Of a stretch of DNA of 64,000 nt, positions 12,030 through 24,452 are shown in pieces; position 1 is the first letter of the stretch, and each line of letters starts with the position of its first letter. Both the position numbers and the translations under genes were made by a program. The notes under the pieces were generated by a model. It was not told the origin of the DNA, ran no database searches, and saw nothing but the letters and a program-made list of their open reading frames with translations. The stretch lies in assembly GCA_976940595.1 (NCBI GenBank), contig OZ330105.1, forward strand, positions 2,046,001-2,110,000. Reading direction: 5' to 3'. This DNA comes from Empusa pennicornis (taxonomy: Eukaryota).

Positions 12030-12300
12030 TAAGGAATGCTTAGTTACTGCGGTAGAACACCCCAAGAAGGGTTAAAGGAAACCACTCGGAGCGTGACGGG
12101 GTCCCTAACGTGCCCAGCTCAGGGGTTTCCTGAAAGCTCCGAAGGCGCGTCCTGGGCAGACGACGACGGGCAGAACGCTAGTTAACAAAACTAACAAATG
12201 ACTAACACAAATTTACCTTGTAGTAGGTTAAGCTGAAAGCCCGGGACTGAAGTAGTTACGTCAACGTAAGCCGTTATTGGGGTATGTCATCTCAAAACTA
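12030..12300 (-). mobile_element. Probable LINE 3' UTR fragment with three interleaved complementary pairs
   Basis: Pairs AGGAAACC/GGTTTCCT, TCGGAGC/GCTCCGA and TGCCCAG/CTGGGCA are seen directly. The LINE 3' UTR assignment and strand rest on unverified recall of similar insect LINE ends. Confidence 0.45.
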
Positions 12301-12442
12301 GGCCGCGCCGTGGCCGAGTGGTTACAACATTCACCTCTCACCTAACCAGACCGGGTTCGATCCCAGGCGATCGCAAATGAGATTTGTGGTGGTTGAAGCG
12401 GCGCTGGGGCGGGTTTTCTCCGGGTTCTCCGGTTTCTCCCGC
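12301..12442 (+). mobile_element. 3'-truncated copy of the major SINE
   Basis: Head and core present; tail absent. Confidence 0.88.
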
Positions 12443-12589
12443 TATGCTTTCAGGGCTGTCCTCTGACCTTAAAGAAATTTAGGAGTAACTTAAAAGAGAA
12501 TAAATGTTAGATAACAAAATTAAATATTGTGAACCAATTTAACGAGCACAAAAATTTGTTGTGAACATTAATGTTGAGGCTTCATAGTA

Positions 12590-12770
12590 ACTGTTATTTA
12601 TTATAACTATATTGATAATTGTATTACTATTATTAATTTGTATTAACTATTAGGAATTTCTGTTATTATTATTTCTTAAGACTTATTGTAAGTGAAATTG
12701 TTATGTAACTCTGCCACCGGGAAACACCCAATTGCAGACAATAAATAAATAAACAAATAAATAAATACAT
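12590..12770 (+). mobile_element. Probable LINE 3' tail
   Basis: CTGCCACCGGGAAACACCCAATTGCAG followed by a (TAAA)n tail and preceded by AT-rich simple sequence. Confidence 0.45.
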
Positions 12771-12797
12771 GTATGAGATGCTCCAATCTTCACGTAT

Positions 12798-13019
12798 GGC
12801 CGCGCCGTGGCCGAATGGTTAGACCATTCGCCTCTAACCAAAGCGGACCGGGTTCGATCCCAGGCGACTGCATATGGGAATTGTGGTGGACAAAACGGCA
12901 CTGGGGCGGGTTTTCTCCGGGTTCTCCGGTTTCCCCCGCCATCTCATTCCACTGGTGCTCCATGTTCATGTATCATTTAGTGCTGATGTACTAAAAACGG
13001 ACGTAAAACACTACAACTA
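12798..13019 (+). mobile_element. tRNA-derived SINE, major family
   Basis: Matches the consensus, with a small deletion near the 3' end. Confidence 0.92.
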
Positions 13020-13389
13020 CTCTCAAAACTACTTGAGATCTCCTTGTGGTTTACCGGGAAGCATTCGAGTCACTTGATTTGCCGCCATGTTGTCATGGTA
13101 GCTCAATGATTAAAGTAGCTGGCTAGAGATCGGGTGGTTCAAATCCCGGCTGCTGCCTGTCTGTACTGTATCTTATCAGCACACAATTTATGTCAGACTT
13201 ACTGATATTATTATTTATCCTGGCTGTGCAAACAGGACTTAATTTCAAATCCGTAACATGCCGACAAGGTTTCAAAAGACTTGATTCCCTGTCTATTGTA
13301 TTTCTAGTTAGGCCTAACGAGAAGATGCTTATATATTGCACCAATGGTGAAGATTTTTTGGTTTGAGAGATTTTACTTAGCTCTAGTGA

Positions 13390-14300
13390 AGTCAAGGGTA
13401 GGGTATGGGGTGGAAATATGGAGGAAGGTTGTAAAATGATGGGAAAAAATAGATCCTATATTAAGAGCATACTATAAACGTATGTTGAGAGTACCACAGA
13501 ATGCAGCTAATGTAGGAGTACTTTTAGAAATGGGAAAAAGTAGTGCGAAAGGAATGGTTATGGAAAGAGTAATCAAGTACTGGCATAGGATACTCCATTT
13601 ACCGGAGGATAGTTTGATAAAATGTTGCCTTAATTTCCAAGAAAAGCATCCCAATCAGGAGTCTTGGTTGAAAAGAGTAAAAGAACAGTTGGAGTGGGGT
13701 GGATTAGGTGAGCTTTGGGTGCATAGACATAGAATAACACAAGGAGTTTGGAACTAGATATGAGGACATGAGCCGTCAAGCAATGTGGGCTGAGGTGGAA
13801 GAGAAGAGGTCTCTGGTACTGTTTAGGATGTTTGGACGTGAATTGAGACCAGAAAAGTGTTTAGAAATGTGTAACAAAAAGTAAACAGAAGCAATAGCGT
13901 GGTACCGATTAGGGGTATGGAAACTGAGAGGTCAAAGGGGCAATATACTGCAGGGATGTTGCGGGGATAATGAAGATGGAGATGGGGATGTAGTGGAACA
14001 GATGAGTGGAGGAAGAAAAGTGGTTGAGAAGTAAAAATATTGTAACTGTAAGGAAAATGTTCAAAAACCTGAGTCAGGTAAGGCAATCAGGTGAATTTTT
14101 GTGTCATGTGAGAGCAAAATGGAAATGGTCCATTGAGAGAAGCTAGGATTATGAGGCAATAATGATCAGTGTAGGCCTAAAGAGATCATAAAGAAGGATG
14201 TATAAGAATTGTACAAATTTGCCTCTACTGGATAAATGGCCTGGGCCAATTCCAGTAGATGTCTTTATGTAATGGCTTGGCACTAAATAAATAAATTAAA
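13390..14300 (+). mobile_element. 5'-truncated non-LTR retrotransposon (ORF2 C-terminal region plus 3' tail)
   Basis: Peptides RMLRVPQNAANVGVLLEMG..VIKYWHRIL..WLKRVKEQLEWGGLGELW..EEKRSLVL..AIAWYRLGVWKLRG, ending in TAAATAAATAAATTAAAAAA. Related to 49000-49385, 53760-56740 and 57240-57690. Confidence 0.7.
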
Positions 14301-15177
14301 AAATTAATAATTGTAGTAAGGCTCGTCTCGATCTGTATGTAGAAGTGTTTTGTTTCAGAACAAGTAGAGAAAGGTGTGTGAAGGTAAAACATCAGGGTTT
14401 TAAATATATTAGAGGTCAAATTATGACATAACGTTCAATTTCTTGAGAGGCAATCGAACGCTTCTAAAAGCGCAACTCCTTGAGATTCGGCAGCAGCAGT
14501 TTTATTTTTTCTCCGGCAGTTGACTACATCTGCGCTTGGCACATGAAGGGTTAGAAATGGAGACGAAGCCATAACTGCTCGGCAACCGCCCAAAAGTACT
14601 GCAGGAAAAACTTAAGAAAACTCTTCAATGAGGTCCGTGCAGCAAGAAGTCAATACAATCCATAACTGGTGCAGGGGTTGGTAACACTGCTCCGAGCTGA
14701 CATTTTTATTTCCCTCGTCAACTCTTTCCTACATGACGCACCGCAAATACGTGTTTTCAGGCCGCCGGTATTTTTAGAAAAAAAGCCTTTCTGTGTCTGT
14801 CTCTTTCAAGGCATTAAGTGCATTTGCACAAAAATTTTGATTGTTTTCCCCTCTAAAACATACAAGTATCTAACTGTAAAGTGGTATACAATACAACATG
14901 TCCTATAAGATATCAATACCTTGAATTTGCCATTTAAATATGGCGGCGCAAGGACACGCCCCCATTTTCCACCACTACTAGAACAATCTACTACTCCTTC
15001 GCTCATAATTTGTAAACTAACCCACTTAGAGACATGTTATAAATTTTAATGTGTGCATTGATTATACTGCTATGCACCGCCATGTGCTGCCATCTTCAAC
15101 TTCCTGTTTCTTCTTGCTAGTTTGAAATTGTTTGCTGTGAGCACATGTTCTGGTAAAGATTGAAGTACCGAATGTTA

Positions 15178-16438
15178 CTGTGTCAAGAAAGTTCCGGAAA
15201 TTGCTCAATAAAACACAAAAAATGAATCATTCATCCAATTTTATTTTATCGCCTTCAAAGTAGGCCCCTTCTGAAATTATACATTTATGCCAACGAATAA
15301 TCCAATCATAAAAACATTTTTGTAGGCACTTTTAGGAATCGATGTTCAATTGTCGCCGCGAATTTTCCTTTATGTCTTCTATCGACTGTCTCGAAGTGGT
15401 AACTTGAGTTTTGGAAAGAGAAAGAAGTCAGCAGGAGCCAGATCAGGTGAATACGGTGGTTGTTGGATGAGATTTGTTGAGTTTTTGACCAGAAATTCGT
15501 TCACAATAATAGCCGTGTGAGCTGGTGCGTTATCGTGGTGCAAAATCCATGAGTTGTCTTTCCACAAATCTGGCTTTTTCGCCGTATTTGTTCTCTCAAA
15601 CGCCGCATAATAGACTTTATTTACCATCTGACCTTCAGGCAAGAACTCTTGAGTGCACGCAACCGCGATAATGAAAAAAAAAGGCTGTCAACATGACCTT
15701 CAGTTTTGATCGAGTTTGACGTGCCCTTTTAGGTTTCGGTTCAGTTGGAAGGCGCCATTCGGAAGCTTGTTGACTGGTTTGAGTGTCAAACTTGTAAACC
15801 CACGTCTCATCACCAGTTAGAATGCGTTTCATGAATGTGGGGTCGGAACTGGCTTGTTCTAGCATGTCTTCAGCAATCCTTACGCGATTGAGTTTTTGTA
15901 GAAAATTCAAGTCTTTCGGAGCTATCCGAGCTGCAACGCGTGTCATGCCCAAAAATCGTTTAAAATGGTACGAATCGATTCGTGAGACACAGAATGTTCA
16001 GCGGCAATCTCTCTCAGACCTAAATGACGATTTTCACACACCATTTCCTTCACCATTGATGGCCGACCAGAGCGAGGCAAATCTTCCACCACATCTCGAC
16101 CACTTTTGAATGCACTGTACCACTCATATGCACGTGTTTTTGATAAAGTCGATTCACCGTAAGCCCTCTGTAACATTTTCAGCGATTCGGCACACGTAAT
16201 ACCAATGCAAAATTTGAGACAGATTCTTTGTTCAATATTTGTATCCATCCAGCGTAAAATCGCAAAACACCTTTGAGATTGGCGTACTGTAAACAAACTA
16301 GATGACAGATTACGATCAAACTCCGCGTGGGTATAGAGGAAAGTTGTACCAACTTAGCGACAACAATAATTTCGAATCCCCTTTTAAACAGGATTTTTAA
16401 ATGATAAATGATAAATTCCCGGTACTTTCTTGACGCAG
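15178..16438 (-). mobile_element. Near-full-length mariner, transposase frameshifted
   Basis: TIRs CTGTGTCAAGAAAGT / ACTTTCTTGACGCAG with TA flanks. ORF pieces 15943-16296 (EQRICLKFC..DLPRSGRP), 15635-15952 (TGDETWV) and 15379-15642 (HHDNAPAH..YSPDLAPADF). Confidence 0.95.
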
Positions 16439-16981
16439 TAGTATTTATGTACTAGAAGCCATACTATTAACATTGATTCAAGTTTACTGTATAAACAAGT
16501 GTTTTTTTTTCTTTCAGTAAGCTGAAAAAATAACATGATTTGTTGTACACAGAGTTTGGATGCAGATTATAATATTAACAAACGAATGGATTTGTATTTT
16601 TGTTATCTCAACAGATGAATGATTCAGGTGGCTTACTGATTAATTTGTTTATAACAGTTGCGTGTTTGGAAGAGCGTTCATACGTCAGAGAGGATAGACG
16701 CATGAATAACGGGCGATAGCTTTTAATATATGACCTTTTTACCTTTGGAGAGGAGGGGGACAGACAAATTGTTACGAATCGAGGTGTTATTTTTCATGAA
16801 AAGACAGCCAAAATTAAAAACAAATCTGTTGCCATGGCTACCGTTCGTTCCTCATCATACTCTACTGGTATGTTTCTATCACTTGTCCTACTGTGTTACT
16901 TCCAAAAGTTCTATACACGTTTTGAGCTCCCCAAAATTAAACACGGGTGTGAATAATGTAGCTGGGATTTCAGCGGATATA

Positions 16982-17765
16982 CGAGGGTTGAATGAAAAGT
17001 AATGCCTCCACGTTAGTTAACTAGGTTTCGATGAGAATATTTTAATAAATAAACGCAGAAATAATTCTTATAATGTGATCTTTGATTACCAATATTCACT
17101 TTCCACATAATCAGCAGCCAATTGGATACATTTCTTCAAATGATGAAACCGTCACCGAAGAAGTCGACACTCTGTTTCCGCAACCACAGTCTCACAGTCT
17201 CTCAACGTCTTCATCAGAAGCGTAATGATGTCCCTGTAGATTGTCGGGAACAGATGGAAGTCAGGCGGCGATAAATCTGGACTGTATGGAGGATGCCGAG
17301 ATTCAGTCTCTGAAGCTCTGCTGTGGTGGCACGTGAAGTGTGTGGTTTGACATTGTCATAGTGCAAAGCAATAATGCGACTCACATTTTCTTCCAAATGC
17401 CGGTTGTGCTTGGAATTTCTGTCTGAGTGATACGACCATCGTGCTGAATCAATCTGTCAACACCTTGCTTGTGTTTGTCACGCAAGCCAGATGTTGCTGC
17501 CTCAACATCTTTAAACTTACTCGCCCAACGAGGCACAGTACTCACATCAACACAATCTGCTTTCACTCTCTGATGAACCTCCTTTGGGGTGACATCTTCT
17601 GCTGTCAAGAATCAAATAACTGCACAACCATTCAACGCTAAGGCTTCCCGCCAACTGGAGCTGTAGAGAAGAGGCTATGAAACAAGCCAGTACCTGTCGT
17701 ATACCAATACTGCCATGTGTTGAAGAGTTACGAAGGTGGAGGCATTACTTTTCATTCAACCCTCG
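16982..17765 (-). mobile_element. Internally deleted mariner with perfect 28-bp TIRs
   Basis: TA|CGAGGGTTGAATGAAAAGTAATGCCTCC ... GGAGGCATTACTTTTCATTCAACCCTCG|TA; remnants LHYDNVKPHTS and TPKEVHQRVK. Confidence 0.95.
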
Positions 17766-18779
17766 TAAGTGATTGAAGGCCCGAAAAATCAGTAGGTAGA
17801 GAAAAGTATTACATTCTATCTGATTCCACGAAATACAAGCTTTGAGGTCCCCTAAATACAAATATATTATAAAAATACTACGATTCCAGCCCATTGATAA
17901 AATTTTGTTCGGGGCCCCTAACGCTTCCAGACTGGACTCTAAACAATGCCACTAGCCCTCAGAAATCTCTCGAAAGGGAGCCCGTTTGGAAGTGACGAGC
18001 TCTTCCGCCGTCCAGTCACAACCTGCCGACCACCGTCCTCTGAACGTTCAACCACGAAACATTCATGGATCAGAATGAGCGGTTTTCTGGAATTGGACCC
18101 AGAGTCTGCTAAGTGCGAATTTCTCGCGTTTTTGCGGCGCCAGGTCGTTCGATTCGTATAAGGGGTATCACCAGTATTGATCCCGTGGACAGTTGCACAT
18201 CAGATAGCAGAAGAAGACAGAGTCCTGACGGCTCCAAGTTAGACAATGATGTTCTCCCAGCTTCCTTGTGGCGCTGACGCCTGAAGCCGCCGCGCGAGGT
18301 CGTCACAACTTTGGCTATGAATATCTAAGACACCCTGGAGTCATTAACTTGCCATCTATTCTCGTCACGGTGAATTAGATCAGTTGCAGCTTCATCAAGT
18401 TGGCAGAATTGGCAATTCTCCGTCTGTGAACCACCACTGTACAGACGTTTACACTTGAGTGTTTTATGCTGAAGAGTTTATTATCATCTCTGGTCCAGCA
18501 AGGACGATCTCAGCGCTTTTCTGACTACCATTATACAGTAACGAATCAGCACACCAGATGTCAGCAACTGCTGCATGCAGTTCAGAATCTGGGGTTCGGT
18601 ACACAGGTGTTTTGAGGCGGATGTCACAGTTCCCAAATACTTTCGTCAAACGTTTTTGTCACCGCAGTTGCGTGCGCTGCACAGAAACACCTCAGTGGCT
18701 GTTCACAGGGTTCTCTTGTTTAGCAGTGGAAAGGGCACTCATGACTCCGACAGTCTCCAAGTTTTGATGCTACAGTCGG

Positions 18780-19580
18780 TAGCTAACCTCAAGGAATGGT
18801 TCATATTGTCACATCTACGAAGAGATGGTGACAGGGGAGTATAACTATGGGGTAGTTGGTAGACAAAACACTGGTGTCGAGCGAATGGTTCCCTTTATTC
18901 CACAGATTATATGAACACCTTCAAGTTGGGAGTCCTATCATTTACCTCAAGCAAAGAAGCTGCATAAGGTGGAACGATGACAGGAAATGCTGCAAATATT
19001 TAACTATGTTCAATCGCGTGGTGTTTCAGATATCGTTACGGATCTATCAGTTTGACTCAGAAAAAAACGCTAATCCTCCATTTGGGTATACCCAGATGAC
19101 CAAGCGTCCGTCAAGGTCAAATGAACAAGGACTCTCGGAAAGCAAACGGTAACTTTTTTGTTTTCCACAAGTGGTCACTTGCCAAAAAAACTTGTTACTG
19201 AGAAATAGTACAGTTTATTTCCCGACTAAAAATTTAAGAAAAGTGTCCAAAGACCTAGGGGCATTTTGTTGAATCATGACAATGTATCAGCTCATACTGC
19301 TGGAGTTTCTGCAAGGAAGCGAGGCAAAAGTATCGACTCATCTACCATATAGTCCGGATTTCTGATTTCTTCCTGGTCCCTGTGGTGAAGAACCGAGTTC
19401 GAGGTCACCGATTTTCTAGCCCTGAAGAAGACGCAGCACCTGCACACGAAGAGAGTTATCTGCAGTGGGGTGGATGCTTCCAGAAGCGATTGCAGAGGAT
19501 GGATAGCTGCATACAGTGCCAGGGAGAGTACTTTGAGAAACTGGCATAAACAAAAAATTTGTGAGTATTCATATTATGCT
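18780..19580 (+). mobile_element. Degraded mariner relic
   Basis: ILLNHDNVSAHTA, HLPYSPD and CIQCQGEYFEKL. Same family as 2720-3650. 5' boundary approximate. Confidence 0.75.
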
Positions 19581-19595
19581 GTCTCAGTATATAGT

Positions 19596-19816
19596 TAGTG
19601 TTTTACGCCTGTTTTTACTACATTGGCACCACAGGCGGTGACAGTGATGATACATGAAGATGGAGCACCGGTGGAATGAGATGGCGGGGGAACCCGGAGA
19701 AAACCCGACCCAGCGCCGCTTTGTCCACCACAAATCCCACATGCGGTCGCCTGGGATCGAACCCGGTCCGCTTTGGTGAGAGGCGGGTGGTGTAACCACT
19801 CAGACACGGCGCGGCC
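19596..19816 (-). mobile_element. tRNA-derived SINE, major family
   Basis: Reverse-complement match to the consensus. Confidence 0.92.
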
Positions 19817-20479
19817 ATATTATATAAGTACAGTCGAACTATCTGACTTCTGCGACGTAAGTATATCAACATGTAAAACGTTTTAAGACAAATACATACA
19901 CCAGTCCCATTTGCAGCAGGTTGTGAAAGCAAGAAAGGATCATAAACCGTTTCAGATCTTCATCTCTGGAACAGTACAGCGGAAGAGGGGGGCAAGACTT
20001 TGACAAAGTGCAGGTGTATCTCAAAACTTGTTGCACTGATAGCGGCCAGAGTTACAACGCCATCTAGTGAGTTTTTGTAGATTGAATCTGTGGGGTGTTA
20101 TCTCCCACCACGCATAAGTGTTTATTCAGCCGCACCTGGTAACATATCGACATGGTACAGGTCGATTGTGTGCTCCTCTTGTTTGAATTCCTCTCTGGTT
20201 GCGTGAGGCAAGGTAGCCTCTCTTCTTGAAGTGATCACGTGAACCCATTTGTGTTCATTTCTGCTAAAGAACACTGCAGTTTGAAAATGGGCACTATTTT
20301 ACTTAGTTCGTAAAATCTGGAACTTTTTAAGGAAATGTGAGTTTTGGTTCCTTACGAAATTTCCAGTTCCTCTGCCAACATGAAAATGTCAAAGTTTATA
20401 AATAATACAGAAGTCATAGTGTGTCTACTGACTGATATGTGGACAGTTTTAATTTTATGATCCAATCGGTCACAGTCAC

Positions 20480-21670
20480 AACAGAAACCCGAGGTAGCTT
20501 TGTGCAGTGTCTCTAGTACGACCGTTGATCGCGTCTAGAACAATAGTGTCGCCGTCGAGTTGTTCAGGCGGGGCTGAAAATCACCGACGGATGAGTCATG
20601 CACACAGTGAAATATTCAAAGTGACAGAAAAGTTCGTCAAAGATAGAGAGACTGAAATACGGCGTTCAGACCTTCTAATACAAACGGTCAGGGAAGGCGC
20701 CGAATGCCAACCAATGATGATACAGCTCAGCGAGTGGATCAAGCGATTCGAGAAAATGGTTGGTGTATAATTCCTGTGTTGCATGACTCATTTCCCGAAA
20801 TTTCAAAGTCAGCTCTTTATAGCATCGTGAGTGAGACACTTCAGTACCAACTGTGTGCGAGATGATTTCCCAAGATGCTGTCTGACTATCACCAAACACG
20901 GCGCCTTATCGTTTCTCCAGCTTACCATGAAGAAGATTTTTTGAACAAAATCTTCAAAGGGGATAGATATATGTCCATTACGAAAATGAAGAAAAAAAAT
21001 TCAAACAGTGGATGTATGCATATTCTCCGTCAAAACCAAATCAGTTCAAGTGAACATTCTCCAACAGAAAGTGTATGGCTACGTGTTCTGGGACCGAAAA
21101 GGAGTTCTCTTGGTGGAATTGATGGAACGTGACACGACCATCACTGCAGCCTCATACAGAGTGACTCTTCAGAATCTACGAAAGGTAATCCAGAACAAGG
21201 GAAGAGATCCAACAGAAAGTGTATGGCTACTGTGTTCTGGAGCCGAAAAGGAGTTCTCTTGGTGGAATTCATGGAACGTGGCGCGACCATCACTGCAGCC
21301 TCATACAGCGCGACTCTTCACAATCAGAAAATTCAGAACCAGCGAAGAGGAATGTTGTCCTTTGGTTGTTGTTCATGACAACGCTCGAGCGCACGCTGCA
21401 GCTGAAACAAAGAACCTCCTGTAGCGTTTTAGATGGGAAGTTTTTGATTAGCTCGGAGTTGGTTCCTTTTATTTTTGATCTCCTTCCTCGCATGAAAATG
21501 TCTATATCCTCATTGGATTCTAGAACCCTGCAGCACTTGCCGCATTACAGAGATACCCGAAGTTGTGCTAGAGTAATACATGGCGGATTGTCAGGTATTC
21601 ACCACAAAGAATACAAACTTAAAAAGATGTCTGTGTGTAAAATTGCCATGTCCAATACGTAAGCAGTGAA
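20480..21670 (+). mobile_element. Degraded mariner with an internal ~148-bp tandem duplication
   Basis: VFWDRKGVLLVELM..TITAASY..VVVHDNARAH. The block starting CCAACAGAAAGTGTATGGCTAC occurs at both 21061 and 21209. Confidence 0.8.
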
Positions 21671-22432
21671 CCTGTACTTCCTTTAGTAATGTAAGCTTGT
21701 TTCCGCGGAGAGCTGACCACACTTCAAGCCTGTGGTTCCCTCCAAACCAACGTGACCAGGTACCCAAGCACACTCCACATGGACGCCGTATAATACCAGG
21801 ATAGTTGTACAGCTGACGACGGCTCTGAAAGGCACTAAGAGAATTACTCAATATAAGGCGTATGTGCAAAACACAACCATAACTAACATAGTTTTGAAAA
21901 TAAAGGGGGTGCGCTCACTTTAGGACGTTTCTTAAATGCTGACTCTTGAATCAAAATCGCTGTAGCAAATTTTGAGACCTAAAAACCCCGAAATGTTTTC
22001 ACTTAAAGGTAAATACAAATAGAGCAATTTTCATGATAAACTTTCGGCTCGTATCTTTGTAAAGTAACTAAGCATTTCTATCCAATTTTGGGTTCATACT
22101 ATACTGTCTGTACTTAATTAATTAGGTGCTAGAGAAGGCAAAAGTTGCACACTGAAATTCATCTTGAAACTGCTGTCACTTGTTACTGGGTGTGTCGTGC
22201 TATAGGATGTTACGCAATACCAGCTGTTTTCGTATCTAACACGTCCATTTATCTTAATATATTCGAAGAGGATCGTCAGATTTGCATTTTCATAACCACA
22301 TGTTAATGAATCCAGTTTGGTATACAGTCTTGTCAACAAATTGACAAGTGGATGCTACGATTTATATCTGTCTTTCAGAACGAGTGATCGAAACCCCTTT
22401 TTGTCATTTAAGGTCGTGGGGAAAGGGGACAG

Positions 22433-22613
22433 GTTGTAGTGTTTAACTCCCGTTTTACTACTATTGCCACCACAGGCGGTGACATTAATGATACATAAAT
22501 ATGGTGCACCGGTTGAATGAAATAGCTTCGTCCAACACAAATCCCACATGCGGTCACCTGGGATCCGCTTTGGTGAGAGGCGAATGGTCTAAGCACTCGG
22601 CCACGGCGCGGCC
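22433..22613 (-). mobile_element. Major SINE, internally deleted
   Basis: Reverse-complement match with the core partly missing. Confidence 0.88.
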
Positions 22614-22810
22614 TGTCTCAATATATACTTGGTGATCCTCGTGTGTGGGTCAATTCATACTTTCCTGACACCCATCTTAGAATTAAATACATCAAAGTTT
22701 TAATGGAGTAATTTTATAATTACGTCACCTTTAGGTCATTAAATGATTCTTTTTAAATACTTTATCATAAAAATTCGGGTTCTGCATTGTCTGCTCTCTG
22801 TCCTCTTTTG

Positions 22811-23040
22811 GGCCGCGCCGTGGCCGAGTGGTTAGACCATTCTTCTCTGACCAAAGCGGACGGGTTCCATCCCAGGCGACCGCATGTGGGATTGGTGGTG
22901 GACGAAGCGGCGCTGGGCGAGTTTCCTCTGGGTTCTCCGGTTTCCCCCGCCATCTCATTCCACCAGTGCTCCATTTCATGTATCATCAATGTCACCGCCT
23001 GTGGTGCCGATGTAGTAAAAACAGGCGTTAAACACTATAA
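22811..23040 (+). mobile_element. tRNA-derived SINE, major family
   Basis: Full consensus match; a short duplicate of the core follows at ~23055-23100. Confidence 0.92.
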
Positions 23041-23680
23041 TTAACCAACGGTAAAGGGGCGAGTTTCCTCCGGGCTCTCCGGTTTATCCGGTTATCTCAT
23101 TCTTCCTTGATTTTCGTCTATATTGTATGAAATAAGAACTAGTTTCTAGTCAAACACATTTTCAACTAAAAGAACAGAACTAGTGTTCGTATTGAAGCAC
23201 AATGTCTTTTAAACCTCCTGGTAATGTTTTAGTGTAAAAGTGGTTTCCCAGCACCTGTTGAGAATGAAGACTGTTTTGGATATCTTAAACACACACGCAC
23301 GTGTAGTATTAGCAATATTTAAAAGTTGCTGTACCGAGCGAAGATGCTGAGATAAAATCTGAAGCACCATAACGAGAGAGTGTGGACCCCCAGCAGAGAT
23401 TTGTAATTAAACTCGGCCGCGATCGCGGTACAAATCAGTGCAATGTAAACGTCATGATTCACTGAGTTTCGATGGCAAACAATCGGCCATTGTTTTGGGT
23501 TCACAAGGCTGTTAATTGGTTGGCTGATTGTCAAACAAATCTACAAATTAACAGCACCCACCTGTACAGCGAAAACTACTCATTAGAAGGCATCCTCCTA
23601 ACAGCCCGGACACTGGAGGAGGTCGGTTCTTAAACAGTTGCCCATTTGATGCCGACCAGCTCTGATTTACTGTATTCTGC

Positions 23681-24386
23681 TTCTTCTTCTTCTTCTTATT
23701 ATTATTATTATTATAGATATTACCATTACTATTATTATTACTATTATTATTATTACTATTCTTATTATTACTATTACTACTATTATTATTGTTATTATTA
23801 TTACTATTGTTATTATTATTACTATTACTACTACTATTATTATTACTACTACTACTACTACTATTACTATTATTATTATTATTATTATTACTATTACTAT
23901 TATTATTGCCATTATTACTGTTATTATTATTATTACTGTTATTATTACTATTATTATTGCTATTACTATTATTATTAATATTATTATTACTATTCTTATT
24001 ATTACTATTACTACTATTATTATTGTTATTATTATTACTATTGTTATTATTATTACTATTACTACTACTATTATTATTACTACTACTACTACTACTATTA
24101 CTATTATTATTATTATTATTATTACTATTACTATTATTATTGCCATTATTACTGTTATTATTATTATTACTGTTATTATTACTATTATTATTGCTATTAC
24201 TATTATTATTAATATTATTATTACTATTCTTATTATTACTATTACTACTATTATTATTGTTATTATTATTACTATTCTTATTATTACTATTATTATTATT
24301 ACTATTACTATTATTATTACTATTATTACTGTTATTATTACTATTATTATTACTATTACTACTATTATTATTGTTATTATTATTAC

Positions 24387-24452
<66 letters not shown>
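23681..24452. repeat. Compound (TAT/TAC/TGT)n trinucleotide microsatellite with a 234-bp internal duplication
   Basis: The diagnostic GCC occurs at 23908 and 24142, and AATA at 23977 and 24211 (offset 234 in both). Confidence 0.97.

Noticed and set aside
17950..18780. GC-richer, coding-like stretch
   Set aside because: Stops in all frames and no recognisable motif; left unassigned (possibly a decayed element).
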